In this document: positions 1 to 12,997 of the stretch, one piece after another
How the letters are laid out: the number at the start of each line of letters is the position of its first letter
Position numbering within the stretch: the first letter of the stretch is position 1
Assembly (NCBI RefSeq): GCF_009834535.1
Contig: NC_045707.1
Span: forward strand, 47,184,001 to 47,248,000
Origin: Camelus ferus
Lineage: Eukaryota
Length of the DNA stretch: 64,000 bases
Direction: 5' to 3'
Program-made: the position numbers and the translations under genes
The notes under the pieces: generated by a model
Seen by the model: the letters and a program-made list of their open reading frames with translations, nothing else
What the model was told of the DNA's origin: nothing
Database searches by the model: none

Positions 1-1640
1 GTCCTCTTAAATCTATTGAGGCTTCTTTTGTGCCTGAGTATGTGGTCTATCCTAGAGAATGTTCCATAAGCACTTGAAAAGAATGTGCATTCTGTTTTGG
101 GGGGATGTAATGTCCTAAAAATATCAACCAAGTCCAACTGTTCTATTGTGTTATTTAGTATCTCTGTTGCATTATTGCTTTTTTGTCTGGAAGACCTGTC
201 CAATGATGTTAGTGGGGTGTTAAATTGTCCTGCTATTATTGTATTCCCATCAATTTCTCCCTTTATGTCTGTTAGTATTTGTTTTATACATTTAGGTGCT
301 CCTATGTTGGGTGCATATATGTTAACGAATGTAATATCTTCATCTTGTATTGCTCCTTTGATCATTATATGGTGTCCTTCTTTATTTTTTATTTATGGCC
401 TTTGTTTTAAAGTCTATTTTGTCTAATATGAGTATTGCTACTCCCTCTTTCTTGTCATTAACATTTGCATAAAATATCTTTTTCCATTCTTTCACTTTCA
501 ATCTAATGTGTGTCCTTCACCCTAAAGTGGGTCTCTTGTAGGCAGTGTATTACAGGCTCTTGTTTTATTATCCAATCTGCCACTAAACTGGAGCATTTAG
601 TCCATTGACATTTACCGTAATTATTGATAGATGTGTGTTTATTACCATTTTGAACTTTGTTTTCAGTTGATTTGTTATTTCTTCTTTGTTCTTTTCTTTT
701 CCTTTTTTGGTTTTCTTTTTGTGGTTTGATAATTTTCTTTTGTATTAGCTTGGCATCTTTTTGGTGTTTGTGACTCTATTGTATGCTTTTTATTTGTGGT
801 TACCTGTTTTTCAAGTATGTTAACCCATTACTATATCTATTTGCTTTAGACTGGTAGTCATGTAGGCTCAAACACATCCTAAAAGGAATGAAGAAAACAG
901 CAACAACAACAAAAAAACAAAAACAAAGAAGAGGAGAAAAAAAAAATCTGTATTTTCTTGCTCTCCTCTCTCACTTTTTATGATTTTGATGTCTTTTTTT
1001 TTTTTTTTTTTTTTACATCTTCATGTTTATTCTCTCACAATTCTTTGTAGTTATTACATTTCCAATTATGGTTTTCTCATTTCTATAGCTTCCTGCCTTT
1101 CAAGATTTCTTTTAGGATAGGTTTAATATTGCTGAATTCTTTTGGTTTTTGCTTTTCTGTGAAATTCCTTATTTCTCCTTCTATTCTAAAGGATAGTCTT
1201 GCTGGATAGAGTATCCTAGGTTGCAGCTTTTTCTCATTAAGAATTTTGAATGTATCTTACCACTCCCTTCTGGCCTGCAGTATTTGTATTGAGAAATCAG
1301 CTGAAAGCCTTACCGGGATTCTTTTGTATCTAACTCTTTTTCTCTTGCTGCCTTTAAATCATTTCTTTAACTTTGGCTATCTTAATTGTAATATGTCTTG
1401 GTGTAGGTCTGTTGGGACCCTCTGTGATTCCTGTACTTGGATATCTATTTCCTTCTTTAGGCTTGGGTAGTTTTCAGTCATGATATCTTCAAATACCTTT
1501 TCAATGCCCCCTTCTCTTTCTTCTCCTTCTGGGACCCCTATTATGCATAGGTTGGCATGCTTTATATTATTCCAGTGATCCCTTATATTGCTTTCATTGG
1601 TTTTCACTTGCTTTTCTGTCTGCTGTTCTGATTGGATGAC
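1..1640 (-). mobile_element. L1 LINE fragment (ORF1 part to ORF2 endonuclease region), decayed
   Basis: Minus-strand ORF 1377-1607 reads NIRDHWNNIKHANLCIIGVPEGEEREGGIEKVFEDIMTENYPSL, typical of L1 ORF1p. Bases 1-640 resemble antisense L1 ORF2 endonuclease sequence. Confidence 0.9.
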
Positions 1641-1699
1641 ATATATGAGCGATTTCTATTTCAATAATATTTATCCACAATATCACTTTTAATGGAAAA

Positions 1700-2130
1700 A
1701 TAATGTTTCTTTTTAATGAATGCACTGCACCATATTCATTTATTTAACCAGTTTCTATTAGTGGATACTTTGATTTCTTTAATTGTCTCCTTCCTCTGCC
1801 TCCTTCCTTCCTTGCTATTATGAACATCCCTGTTATCAGTATCATTATAGGTAAGACTTTGCATATGAGGCAACATGTGGTTCCAGTCTTAAAAGTGGAA
1901 TTGCTGTGTCAACTGCATATTTTAAAATATGCCCATTGTAAGGAATATTGCCAAATGGCCTCTAGAAAGACTGCCTTAGTTTATTTCTTAATATTGTTAA
2001 AATATATAGGCTTGTTTTCTCACACCCCCACCAACACTGAGAACTAGGAGGAAAATGTCTTTTATTTTAGTCAATTTCATAGTATAAACATGATACCTTA
2101 CTTTAGTCTCTATGTTTTTTATTATAAATG
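1700..2130 (-). mobile_element. Old L1 (L1ME-like) 3' fragment
   Basis: Motifs 'gctattatgaacatcc', 'ggaattgctgtgtca', 'tattgccaaatggcctctagaaag' and 'tctcacacccccaccaacactg' resemble antisense L1M 3' sequence. Confidence 0.6.
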
Positions 2131-3054
2131 AGGTTTATGACTTATTCTTCTGAGAAAGATTTCATTTTGTCCTTTTACAGTGGAAGTAAATCATCTTTTC
2201 CTTAAAAAATAAATTTTCCAAGTAACCAGTAAACTGGTCATGGAAAAAATGATCCTATTAAAGAAGGGGGAATGAAAAATAAATCAATGAAAAAAGCCAC
2301 CAGCCAAACTTTCTGTCTCTGTTACTTTTAGCCAGTGGCCTTATTCTTTAATGATTGTCATTGGCCTTATTCTGTACTTGATTTTGACTAGTTTTTGCTT
2401 TTTGAGTAATGCTTTTATTTTCATTTACTTCTAGAAAGGTTTTGCTTCTGCTTGGGGAAAAAATAAATTCAATTCTGGACCAAGTTTTTCAATAAAAATT
2501 AATTCACTAAGGGTACTTTAAACCAGGACATACCTTTGACATTTTCAGAATGATTAAGGGTGAGCCAAATAGCCAGTGTCCAGGAAGCCACTTACTTTTT
2601 GCCATGTTGTCCAACAACAAAGTAGTTAGTTAATGAGGTTTGAAAAACATTCCAACCATTTGTGTCAAATCCCAGGGTAGGCCAATACCATCTTGTTAAT
2701 CCATTGTCATTTAATTTTAAACTGTAATTATCATCATTACATAAACATAAAATATAAACAAAGCGGTCTATTTTGCCTAACATTTTAAAGAGAACCATTG
2801 GTGTTTTCCTTATAGTTCAATTAAATTTGGGATCTCTCGGTTCCTTATTTGTAGAATTGAGGATTGATTAAATTTAATTCAAAGGTCCCTTTGAGATCTA
2901 AAACTCTTAAGATGTGGAAATTTATCACTTTCATAGTGATGTTATTAATGTCTTTATAATGATAGAGATTAGTAAATAGCACTTTGATAAGTTCTTTTTT
3001 TGGAGTGTCCACAGAGTCTCAGTAAGAGACTCATTTAGAGACTCAGTAAACATG

Positions 3055-3296
3055 TATGCAGTAGGATAGTATACTGGCCTGGAGTTGGAGGCAGTTATGG
3101 GTCTGAAACCCAGCTCTACCACTTACTATCTGTGTGGCCTTCAGCTAGTTATTTAACTTCTCAGTTTCTACATTTGCTCATTTGTAAGGTGGGGATAATA
3201 ATACTGTCTATCACATGGGTTGTTGTGAAAGGTAAATATTAAGCACTTAAATCATTGCCTAACACGTAGGAAATACACAGCGTTTGGTAACAGCTG
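3055..3296 (+). mobile_element. MIR SINE
   Basis: 'cccagctctaccacttactatctgtgtggcctt' and 'ggggataataatac' match the MIR core. Confidence 0.8.
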
Positions 3297-3397
3297 TTAT
3301 TTGTTATCATCATCATCATCAACAACAACAAAATCAGGAATGTGTAGAGTCAAACAGAAGAAGCCATCACTGTATTATTCATTAATCTACTCTAATT
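3297..3397 (+). repeat. 101-bp direct repeat, copy 1
   Basis: Matches 4241-4341 with 2 mismatches by eye. Confidence 0.95.
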
Positions 3398-4240
3398 TAT
3401 ATTTGAAGCTTTTAGACTGGTTATTCATATTATAAAATATACAATAAATCTGATTCTCTCATCCCATCTGGAAGGATATATTAATGGGGAACTTTCTCTA
3501 CTGCTTTGCAGGTTCTTTTTTCTAACTAAATTGCCCTCTTGAGTTGTAGGTGTCTAAGGCCATTCACGTTGTGATGGTCCAGCTGGTCTGGAAGAAGACC
3601 TAGACCCCCTTGTGGCCTAAATGCACCCACTTCTTAGACTACTTCCCTTCTGAGTCCCTGCCACAATGACGATGGAGAGACCACCCCACATATCTCCAGA
3701 GAGGGTGCAGTTACTCCTGACTACATATTCCTAGAGAGCTCAGTGTGAACCACTTGGATGTGGTTCTGAAATTCCAGCTACAGTGTCCTTCTACTAAGCC
3801 CTCTCTGACCATATGTGACTTGACCTTAAATGCCTCCTCTTGTTTTCAGGATCTTGTTGACGGTCATCTCTAGCCCTTTCTTCATTCTTTTACTAGTGTC
3901 TTATAGTTATAGATAGTTATGTATGGGTCTGTCTTCTTTGCTGGCCTGGATAAGAATCTCAGCCATTGTGTATCTAGCAGATGAATGAATGCATGAGAAA
4001 AACAGTTCCTGCCCTTAGTGATGCTTAGGACTAGCCCAAGTCGGAGTTTCCAGAGATCTCACAAATACTTCCTTTCACTCCTGCAAACTTTGGAACCTGT
4101 GCTACTTCCTCTACCAGGAAGGTTCCCTCATGCCCACCTTTCCCTGGCATGTACTCTGCCTGAAGCTCTGCATATGTTATCTTCACTACAACCCTGGAGG
4201 CTGGTTTTATTTTCCAGTTATGTATGGATCTGTCTTCCTA

Positions 4241-4341
4241 TTATTTGTTATCATCATCATCATCATCAACAACAAAATCAGGAATGTGTAGAGTCAAACA
4301 GAAGAAGCCATCACTGTATTACTCATTAATCTACTCTAATT
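4241..4341 (+). repeat. 101-bp direct repeat, copy 2
   Basis: Matches 3297-3397 with 2 mismatches by eye. Confidence 0.95.
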
Positions 4342-4774
4342 AGCTTACAAAGATAGAAAGCAACTAGCCCAAGATCCAACATTAGCAAATGGATTAGATT
4401 CCAGGTTTGTTGACTCCAGAGCCCAGTGCTCTTTCCACGATATTATATCATCTCCAGAAGGAGGACTGGCAGGTGGTGAGGTCTATTATCCGATTGTCCC
4501 ATCAACTCAGGTGTATATAGGTGGAACTCCAAAGCTTTCACAAGTAAGTGTTACTGTTTTGATGCATGGGAGAGGGTGAGTGGTGCAGTCTGTTTTCCCT
4601 GTGGCAGAAGAGCTTCAAATGTCACCATCAGCTTGTCATTGATGTTTAAGGTCCTTTTGGCTCAAGGGATTGTTCCCTATTAAAACAATTCAATCTGCTT
4701 AGGAGGAGTTGGGCATCTATCATTAGGTCATTTATATGCTCTATCAGTTCAAGCCCAAATGACAGGCTAGGACA

Positions 4775-5025
4775 GTAAAAAAATATAAAAATATACTTAT
4801 GTATTTGTATATTTAGATAGACTATATATTTAATTTGTATGAATAATATATAAAAATACTTATATAAAATGTATACTTATATAAATATATATTCTATACA
4901 TATAGAATATGTAGTGGTATATATATATACCACTACAATATTGTATATATATATATATATATAACTATGCATATATTTATTTATATATAGAGAGAGAGTT
5001 ATATAGAGTTACCTATATATCTATC
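4775..5025. repeat. TA-rich low-complexity tract with perfect inverted repeats
   Basis: (TA)n runs, a hairpin at 4889-4910 and a 28-bp palindrome at 4910-4937. Confidence 0.9.
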
Positions 5026-6804
5026 TGTCGCCTGGACATGTGCTATCCAGAGATGTGTTAAATTAGTTTTTGTGTGTGTGTCTTTTGAAGCAATATTTTA
5101 ATTGCTCATGGGACATTTCTTAAATATTAGAAGAGATTATTATTCAAAGAAATATGAAGAAGAATTTTAGTATTTTAATTTTCTAGAAGATTAATCTGGT
5201 AGATGTATGTTTCAGTATTTTTTTTTTATCAGGGTTGCATTTGTACATGAATGTGGCTTTTTTTTTAAGCAATACATTAGTGTTAAGTTAAAACAATGAG
5301 ATTAAATTATTTTAAGTTTTGCTGTTTTAGAATGGTCACAGTAGGCTCAATGAAATATTTCTAGAAAGATGTAAATACAATATTGAGTCTATTAGTTTGG
5401 TCAAAGTTTTTAAGGGTTTTTTTGACAGATATATCAAGATAAGAGCAAGATTATAATTGTTTGTATTTATAGGGAGAAATGGTTTCTTGTTATTAAGGAG
5501 TTAATGACTGAGTTTAGTGGTGTGAGGCTCCAAGGGAAAGCATTTGTTAAATCAAGAGTAGCCTGACAGGAGAAATATGCACATCATTATATGCAATTGC
5601 TGCAAAAATGGTCTTTTTGTTTTAGAGAGTGCAGTTTATAGTAATTGAAGAAAATCCCATGTGCCATTTTCATTGTTTACTCCATTTGTTTGCTTTCTGT
5701 GTAATTGAATTTCACACAAAGGAGAGAATGAAAACTATTTTCAGGTGCATCATTATATTTTCTACAGATCCTATAATTTTAGAGCATAGCTTTTAGTAAG
5801 AATTCTCCAGGGGGTATATTTATATGTGTGCGTGTGCGTGTGTTTTAGGGGAGTCAAAGAAGGAGAATGACATTTCTTTTGAAACCAACCTCTGATCTGA
5901 TTGAATGTTACATTTCTTAAAACAGCAAAATGGCTTTCAGTCACATTTTGGGTCACGTTTCTAACCATTTGCCAAAGCAAGCCTTATTGAAATTAGGAGA
6001 TATGATTATATTTTACATTTTGTAGGGCTGTGTTTCCGAAACTACAGAAACACAGATATATAGCACTCTGCCAGACAAACATCACCAAAAAACAATACAT
6101 GAGATGCAGTTCCCAGTGTTTATTTGTGAGTATTTGGGTGTTTATACCTGAGTGAAATGAGTTTGGGGAAAAGTCAGTATGCCCTCATTTTGAAGCAGCA
6201 GATCTTTGCTATGGCTTTGTTTTATGAATGACACATGAAATTGGTATGTGGAAGTAAATGGGAAACTATAAGACTCAGAGTAACATTCAAAAGATTTAGG
6301 GGAAAGACAATAAAAATGTTTTGCATGGAGTTCAAATATAAAGCCATTGATATGAGGAACAGAATGGTTTCCCTTTAAGCTTAATTGGTTGTTTTAATTT
6401 TGAGGGCCTACTCTAGAGTTACAGGCAGAAGAAATACAAGGAATGTTCTCAACGTAGATCTCTGAACCTCATTTTGTTAAGCTTTTAATTATCAGAAGGT
6501 GGTTCTGTGAGACTCAGAAGCACATGAGCCATCGGGAAGAAGAAACTAGTTCAGTTTTGTGAGCAAGGACAGTATTGATGGATTAGAGGGAAAGAAAACA
6601 GTATCTTGGGAAGAAATGAACTAAGCAAGGTATAAAGGACAGAGAAGTGTGCTCATTCATTTATATATTAATTCATTTAACAACTAGTTGGCATTTTAAT
6701 ATATGCCAGGCACTTTGCTGGGTTGTGATAAGCTGGGAGAATGTCAGTGGCACTGATTTGCTTTGGCATATTACTCCCTATTTACAGATCCCATTACATT
6801 CCAT

Positions 6805-7140
6805 TTTTAAAAACAGATATAACACTGTTTTAGTTTTAGGTGTACAACATAATGATTTGGTATATGTGTATATAACAAAATGATTACCACAATTAAGTTA
6901 GTTAACATCCATCACCAGACACAGTTACAATTAATTTTTCTTGTGATGAAAAGTTTTAAAATCTACTCTCTTAAGCAACTTTAAAATATAAAATACAATG
7001 TTGTTAACTATAGTCACCATGCTGTACATTATATCCCCAGGACTTACTTATCTTATGACTGGAAGTTGGTAACTTTTGACCATCTTCATCCCATACCTCC
7101 ACTTCTGGCAAGCGCCAGTCTGCCCTTCCATTCTGTTTTA
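6805..7140 (-). mobile_element. L1 3' end (L1MA9-like)
   Basis: 'ggtgtacaacataatgattt', 'ttaacatccatcacc' and 'aactatagtcaccatgctgtacatta' are characteristic antisense L1MA 3'UTR motifs. Confidence 0.85.
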
Positions 7141-7844
7141 ACATGAATGTATTATGCACTAAATTTAGTTTGATTTGAATGCAATTAAGAGTCATTATTA
7201 TTTTATTCAATTGGACAAACAAGTACAATGTCATCATTTTTGTCTTTGATAAAGGAACAATATGTTTATAGGGTTCTTATTTCAGAAGTAATATGTGTAA
7301 TGATTGGGAAAGACAAATCTAATTTCCCATACAAATAGAAGGTGGACTGGGGAAATACATCTTACTGCTCAAATTTTTGGATTCTTATAAGGAGACTGGT
7401 TCTAAGAGAGAAAACTCCTTTTCCTTTCTGTTTATCTCTCACATGTGATAATGGACAAATGGGGATTCAGTATGGTCCAGTCTAGACTTTAAGATTCAGA
7501 CTCATAAAACAGCCTTGTAGCTGTTTATTGAGATTATTTTGCTGTAGAAAATATTATTCAACAGTCTTCTTAGTGTAAATGCTTACATTGTATATTTAGA
7601 GCAAGTTAACTTTTGGATGCTCTTGGTCAGTTTCCCCACTGCATTTGTGTAAACATATAATTACTAGAATCTGTTGACTCATTAGGATCTGCAGAAAATG
7701 TGACAAGTATAATGACACAACTGACCTTTATAATCCAAGATCCTGGCAAATAGTTTCTGGGCACTGCAACATTTATAAAAGTCTGTTGATCTAATCAATA
7801 TATAGTCTTCAAACAAGTATCCTTGTAACAAGCAGAATGGTCAG

Positions 7845-8295
7845 CATTGGGAAACAATTTTCTATGAGTTTCACACATTTCTGCATGTTTTTGAGCAGAG
7901 GCACTGATTGTGTCAGTTCTAGACTATCTTTTCAAGACGTTTGAATAATGAATGGCCTTGGAAAATAGAGGTACCTACTACCTCCTTTTGGAGCGAAGGA
8001 GCAGGTTTATTTGCTACCTATTATGAACGATTCAGGGTTATTCTTCTGTCATGCAAACCAGTGTCAGTGCAAATGTAATTTGGCCCCTTTCCTGTCACCA
8101 TGTGGGGGCTGGAACTCTGGGAACCACTGCAAGAAAGTGCTAATTCTCTGTCTACTGGTACTAATTTAAGTGATGGAGTCTTTTGAGTCTGACTCAGGAG
8201 CATCCTGTCTCGTAGTAGCATTCATGAAACTGCAGCAAGCTCGCTGATTCATTTGCAAGTAGGGTGCAGTCGCAGCGCCTTCACAGTCCTTGGCA
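7845..8295 (+). mobile_element. ERVL solo LTR, LTR40-like
   Basis: 'gagcagaggcactga', 'gactatcttttcaag' and 'ttgcaagtagggt...ccttcacagtccttggca' resemble LTR40. Flanked by gtcag/ttcag, a likely 5-bp TSD. Confidence 0.8.
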
Positions 8296-8769
8296 TTCAG
8301 TGCCATCATTCATACATACATTTCTTCTTCATGTGTGCCTGTAATTCTGATGCCCTTACTAGATGTATAACTAATAAAAGAAATGAGGCGACTGCCAATC
8401 TTCTAAAATAATATTTAAGATTCTTAGCATCTTCTTCCTTTCCCACACTATTCCCCATCTAAATTGTTAACTAGAAGCCAACTTTAAATTTAAGGGAAAG
8501 AAAAAAATCAATTGAATTATTTACCCTTATAAATTCCTTGGTTGACAGAACTTCAGACATCACTTATTTGAAAAAAAAAAAAGAGCTGAGAACGCCAACG
8601 CTAAGGGTGATGGAGTAAGTAGGGAGCCTAGCTGGTGGTGGAAGATTCCCTGTAGTTCAGGCCATTTCCAGGATACTTGTTAATGATGACTAGTGCCTGT
8701 TTTCTTTTCTTGTTAGGTGGAAGCATTGTATTTTCCCCTTAACATTTAAAAATGATAAAATAGGGTCTA

Positions 8770-9005
8770 GAACAGTGGTGTGGCACACTGGTTAAGAGTA
8801 AGAACTCAGAGTCAGCTGGACTGAGTTTGTGTTCTGGTTGCACCTGTGTAACCTTGGCACCAAAGATCTGACTTCAGGTCTCAATTTCACTGTCTTTAAA
8901 ACTAGAACTCATTATTGCAAAGAATGGCCGTAATGGTGAACGGAAATAAGGCCAGGCGCAGTGCGAGGCACCCACTGAGCTCCCATCAAATGCTAGTCAT
9001 TATTA
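8770..9005 (+). mobile_element. MIR SINE
   Basis: 'ctggttaagagt', 'ctgtgtaaccttggca' and 'tctcaatttcactgtctttaaaa'. Confidence 0.65.
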
Positions 9006-9904
9006 TTAGCTCTGTATTAAATATGTGCCTGACAACTAGCGAATGACTTTGAGAACTTGTCAACAAATCATGCAGTAGCATCATTAACCCCAAATTGGCT
9101 TTAAGGCTGAGGCAATTGCAGATGGAGCGATCAGTGATCAATATCTCTGCTGTTGTTAGTTTATGTGGTTTCCCTAGCATTTCTGTGTTCCATTTGGGGT
9201 CTTGCTTGGAGTTAATTCTAGGTGTGGCTGTTCCACAAGTGATTTGGCTCTTAGGTGCTCAGGAATTTCATTTCTACCTCAACAGCTTTGTAGTGATTGC
9301 TCTGTCAGAATAATAGTAGGGATGTTAAGTTTCCTGGCCGACGAGTGGGTTTTAGCTTCACCTTAATTTTCTTCCACAGCCATTTAAAGAATGTTTCTTT
9401 TTCCTCTATTATTTGCATCTTGCAAAGCCAGTAAGCTGACCTTATAATCCTATTATCTGTTATTTGCATAGTTCACAAAGCCACTGTCCAAATTCTATGA
9501 TTCATTATATTAAAAAAATTTTTTCAAACTTAAACTATTAATTAATAAAAAATAAAAGTGTAAGGGTTTTGGAAAATATGGCTGTCCAGTGGTTCTCAAA
9601 CACAGTGAACAAATAACATATTCATTGCTCCATGGAGAAATGTGAAAAATAAGTATAACATAAAACATTTCTCTTAAAGCCAAATATAATAATAAAAATA
9701 ATTTGTTCTGACATTATGTTCTCCCTAAATTTTTAGAGTTATTAAAGTACAATTTTTTCTATGAAATGTTGCTTATGGACTGGGTCTTTAAAAAATATTT
9801 TTACTTGGGGGAAGTAAAAAAAAAAAGGCGAACTCATACTGATTCCCTTAATCCTTTTTTTTTTTAAGTGAAGTCCAAAAGTCTAAGACCCAGGGATAAT
9901 TATA

Positions 9905-10125
9905 ATAGTGAACACTTTTGTAAGGCTTACTATGAGCAAGGCCCTTTCCTAAGAGGTTTACAAACATTGACTTACTGAATTCTTATAGCAACTCTCTGAA
10001 GTGAGTGCTGATGTTACACCCAATTTATAGATAAGGAAACAGAAACAGAGAGGTTAAGTAACTTGACCAAGGTCACATGGCTAACAAGTGGTAAAGACAG
10101 GACTCAAACCCAGGATTCTGGATCT
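9905..10125 (-). mobile_element. MIR SINE
   Basis: 'tttatagataaggaaacagaaacagagaggttaagtaacttgaccaaggtcaca'. Confidence 0.9.
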
Positions 10126-10209
10126 AATCTCTTTCTTTTGTTCTTAGTTACTTTGAGAAGAATCCTAGAAACTTTCACTGAGCTAGAAATCATAGCCTGA
10201 TATTAGAAT

Positions 10210-10450
10210 ATCTTGAGGGCGTTTTGGCATTATCTAGCAAAAGCTTCAAAACTGTGTGCTTTGACTCAGCATTTCTAGGAATTTATTCTAAAGGAACAAT
10301 CAAAGAATTATGCTAAAATATATGTACAAAAGTATTAATTACAGCATTATTAACACTGGAGAAAAATAGAAACTAATCAAATGCTCCCACAGAGGGGATT
10401 GTTTAAATAATAGGCCAGCCATGCAAAGGATGCTAATAAGTCATTTTTAA
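10210..10450 (+). mobile_element. Old L1 (L1ME-like) fragment
   Basis: 'ctttgactcagcatttctaggaatttattctaaagg' and 'acagcattatt'. Confidence 0.6.
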
Positions 10451-11084
10451 TTGATTTAGGTTTTTAAACTATGTTCACAAAACCCTGGGGTTCATCTAAC
10501 ATGCATTAGGGCTCTGCAGTTTTTTGTTTTTTTTTTTTTTTTTTGTCTAAATGTCATAGTTGCTGATGGAGATTGATATATGATTGTCTACAGTCACCCC
10601 TGACTGAAACTTTTTGTAAAACATGTACCCATAGATTTATTTTAAGATGAATAAATGGTCTACATTTGAATAATAGTCCATCTCTCTGGGTCAACAGATG
10701 CCTTTATTTTGTTTTTTAAATGAGGGTGCTTTGTAGACTAAGCCTATTTTCAACACTGGCTCTCTAGTTATGGTATGAGTGTCCCCATTAGGATTTCCTG
10801 TTTGGCCAACCTTGTCAGCCTGTTTCTAATGTATTCCTTCTATTAAACACAAACAGATTTGCTTTGCTAAACTAGCCCGTAATCTGCAGAGTTCCTGGGA
10901 GGGAGATTCTTGCCTGCTATATTTTATTTTGCTTTAAGTATCAACAAACATGTAAAATGCTTCTTGGATCTAATCAACTAGTGTTCTTCCTTGAAACTAC
11001 TGGAAGAGGTAAGTGGATTACTGATTCGTGTGGACAACATAAATAGCTTTTTGCAATTAAAAACTCTTGAAAATGTGACTGTAT

Positions 11085-11280
11085 CATGGTGTAAGGGAAG
11101 AGACAGTGGCTTTAACAGATAGCTGTGAATTTGCTTTAGCTGTTCACTAGCTGTGGGACACTGGCAAGTTATTTTATCTTTCTGAGCATAGACTTCTTGT
11201 AATAAAAACGGAAAATACTATCTTTCAGGTTGTTATGAGGATCACATGAGGTACAGTTAAGCACTCAACAAATGCTGACA
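11085..11280 (+). mobile_element. MIR SINE
   Basis: 'ttcactagctgtgggacactggcaagttatttt' and 'ggttgttatgaggat'. Confidence 0.7.
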
Positions 11281-11659
11281 TAAAAAGAGTATAGCTAATT
11301 TAGATCAGAGAGTCAGGGAAGGTTCCATCAATTCAATTCTTTGTACCCATCACCCCAAATACTGGAAGTAACTTTAGACATTTCAGGTGCTAGAGAGATA
11401 AGAATATATTAGACTCTTAGCTTTAAAATATTTCCTGTTTTTTACCCCCACAAAAATCTCTAATTTACATCTATTTAGAATTTTACTACTTATATTAAAG
11501 ATAATATTATCCTTGCCCTTTGCTGTGTAAATCTTGCAAAGTGCTCTAGCCAAAGGCAATAAATTTCACTCTGGCAAGATCAAAGACTATTCAAATAATG
11601 TGAATATAAAATATTATACAACTTTTTCAATTTATGGTCCATTTATGAAATATCATTGC

Positions 11660-11687
11660 ATCGCTTCTCGGCCTTTTGGCTAAGATC
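11660..11687 (+). pseudogene. RNU2: 3'-truncated U2 snRNA pseudogene (first 28 nt)
   Basis: ATCGCTTCTCGGCCTTTTGGCTAAGATC equals nt 1-28 of vertebrate U2. Enclosed with 17 nt of filler by the direct repeat tcattgc (11653-11659 and 11705-11711). Confidence 0.95.
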
Positions 11688-12279
11688 CTATATAGAACAA
11701 AGACTCATTGCCATAGAAGAAGCATCTCAGTTATCTTCTGGTAATGGGGGTAATTTTATGGAATTCTATTTCCTCTCTCTCTCTGTTTTCCTTGGCTCTC
11801 CCTGTTTGAGTTGGGTGCCCCTCCTATAGGCTTCCATAGTCTTTGAATTCCAAAGATAATCTGGGATATTTTTCTGTCACCCTATATGAGTTCCCCCAAC
11901 AGAATATGCATTGCAATGGGCAAGAACTCCCAGTATTTCTGGCCAATCATCACCCATTCCCTCCCAACACCCATGGCTGTGCCATTTTTGTCAGGCCTGG
12001 GGTCCTGCTCTAATCCCTTCATGCCTTCTTCTCCACTTATGTCAGTCCCAGTTTTCCAAGTCATCTCTCATCCTTTGCACTCTGATCTCCACATGACCTC
12101 ATATATCCCTTTTCTGACTCTATATCTCACTTCTGCCAACTTCTGAAACCCCTCTACAATGACCTTACTTCTGTGAATGCTCTCCTCACCTTCTTGTTAC
12201 AATGGAGACTTGGTTCTCCCAAGGACACTGGTTCCTTTGCATGTGGTGGTCATTTTCTCTCCCACACTCCTTGTATCAT

Positions 12280-12978
12280 TGTTACTAAACTCATGTTCAG
12301 TTGTTCACTACTTAAAAATGATACTTGGGAGAGAAGTGTTGGTAGGAAAGGAAAGGTTGCTTTATTCAGGAGGCCAGCAACCTAGGGAGAAGGGTGGACT
12401 TGTGTCCAAAAGCCAACTCCAACTGCTGATTGGGGCAAAAGCTTTTAAAGGGGAGTTTCGGGGTATATAGACAGAGAGGGAGGGCTGGGTTACATTCAGA
12501 ACAGTACGGTTAGCTCTACCAATCATCTTGAAATTGGTCATTCTGTGGTCTGATCAGCGTTATCTTGATTGTTTTAAGTACAATTAATCTTCAGTTCCAG
12601 GGTCAATTTGTTCCCATTTCCTTGAGGCCAGTTCTGAGTTGGGTAAGATGGAGCAGCTTATGTCATGGCTACAGCCTGGTCATCATATAGTTAACTTCTT
12701 CCACCTGGTGGGGGTTTCAGTATCTCCAAAAGGGCTCAAAGGATATGGCTCAGAATATTATCTGTAGCCCTTGAGGAGAAACCAAAGGTTCTTGACTTTA
12801 TTTAATGACTAAAGGGTAATTATTTTATCCTGTTTGACTGCTTTTCTTTGCTTCTGCATTTTTTCATTTCTCTGTTTAAATTTGTTCCTTGGCTAAAGTT
12901 TTTCTACATATTTGAGGCAGGTGGAAGACATAAGGGGGTCTGTCCTGGGAGGGCCTCATAGGGTCCTGCTCCATTATA
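12280..12978 (-). mobile_element. ERV1 solo LTR (laurasiatherian MER41-like)
   Basis: Begins TGTTAC, contains 'ggaaaggttgctttattcaggaggccagcaacc' (antisense AATAAA) and is flanked by tcat/ccat, a 4-bp TSD as expected for ERV1. Confidence 0.8.
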
Positions 12979-12997
12979 CCATGGGCCTACAAGCTAG

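Noticed and set aside
7721..9450. Similar 15-16-mers ctgacctt(t)ataatcc at 7721 and 9436
   Set aside because: Too short with no flanking similarity; plausible by chance.
12280..12978. Interferon-inducible enhancer by analogy to primate MER41
   Set aside because: I found no TTCnnnGAA GAS motif in this LTR.
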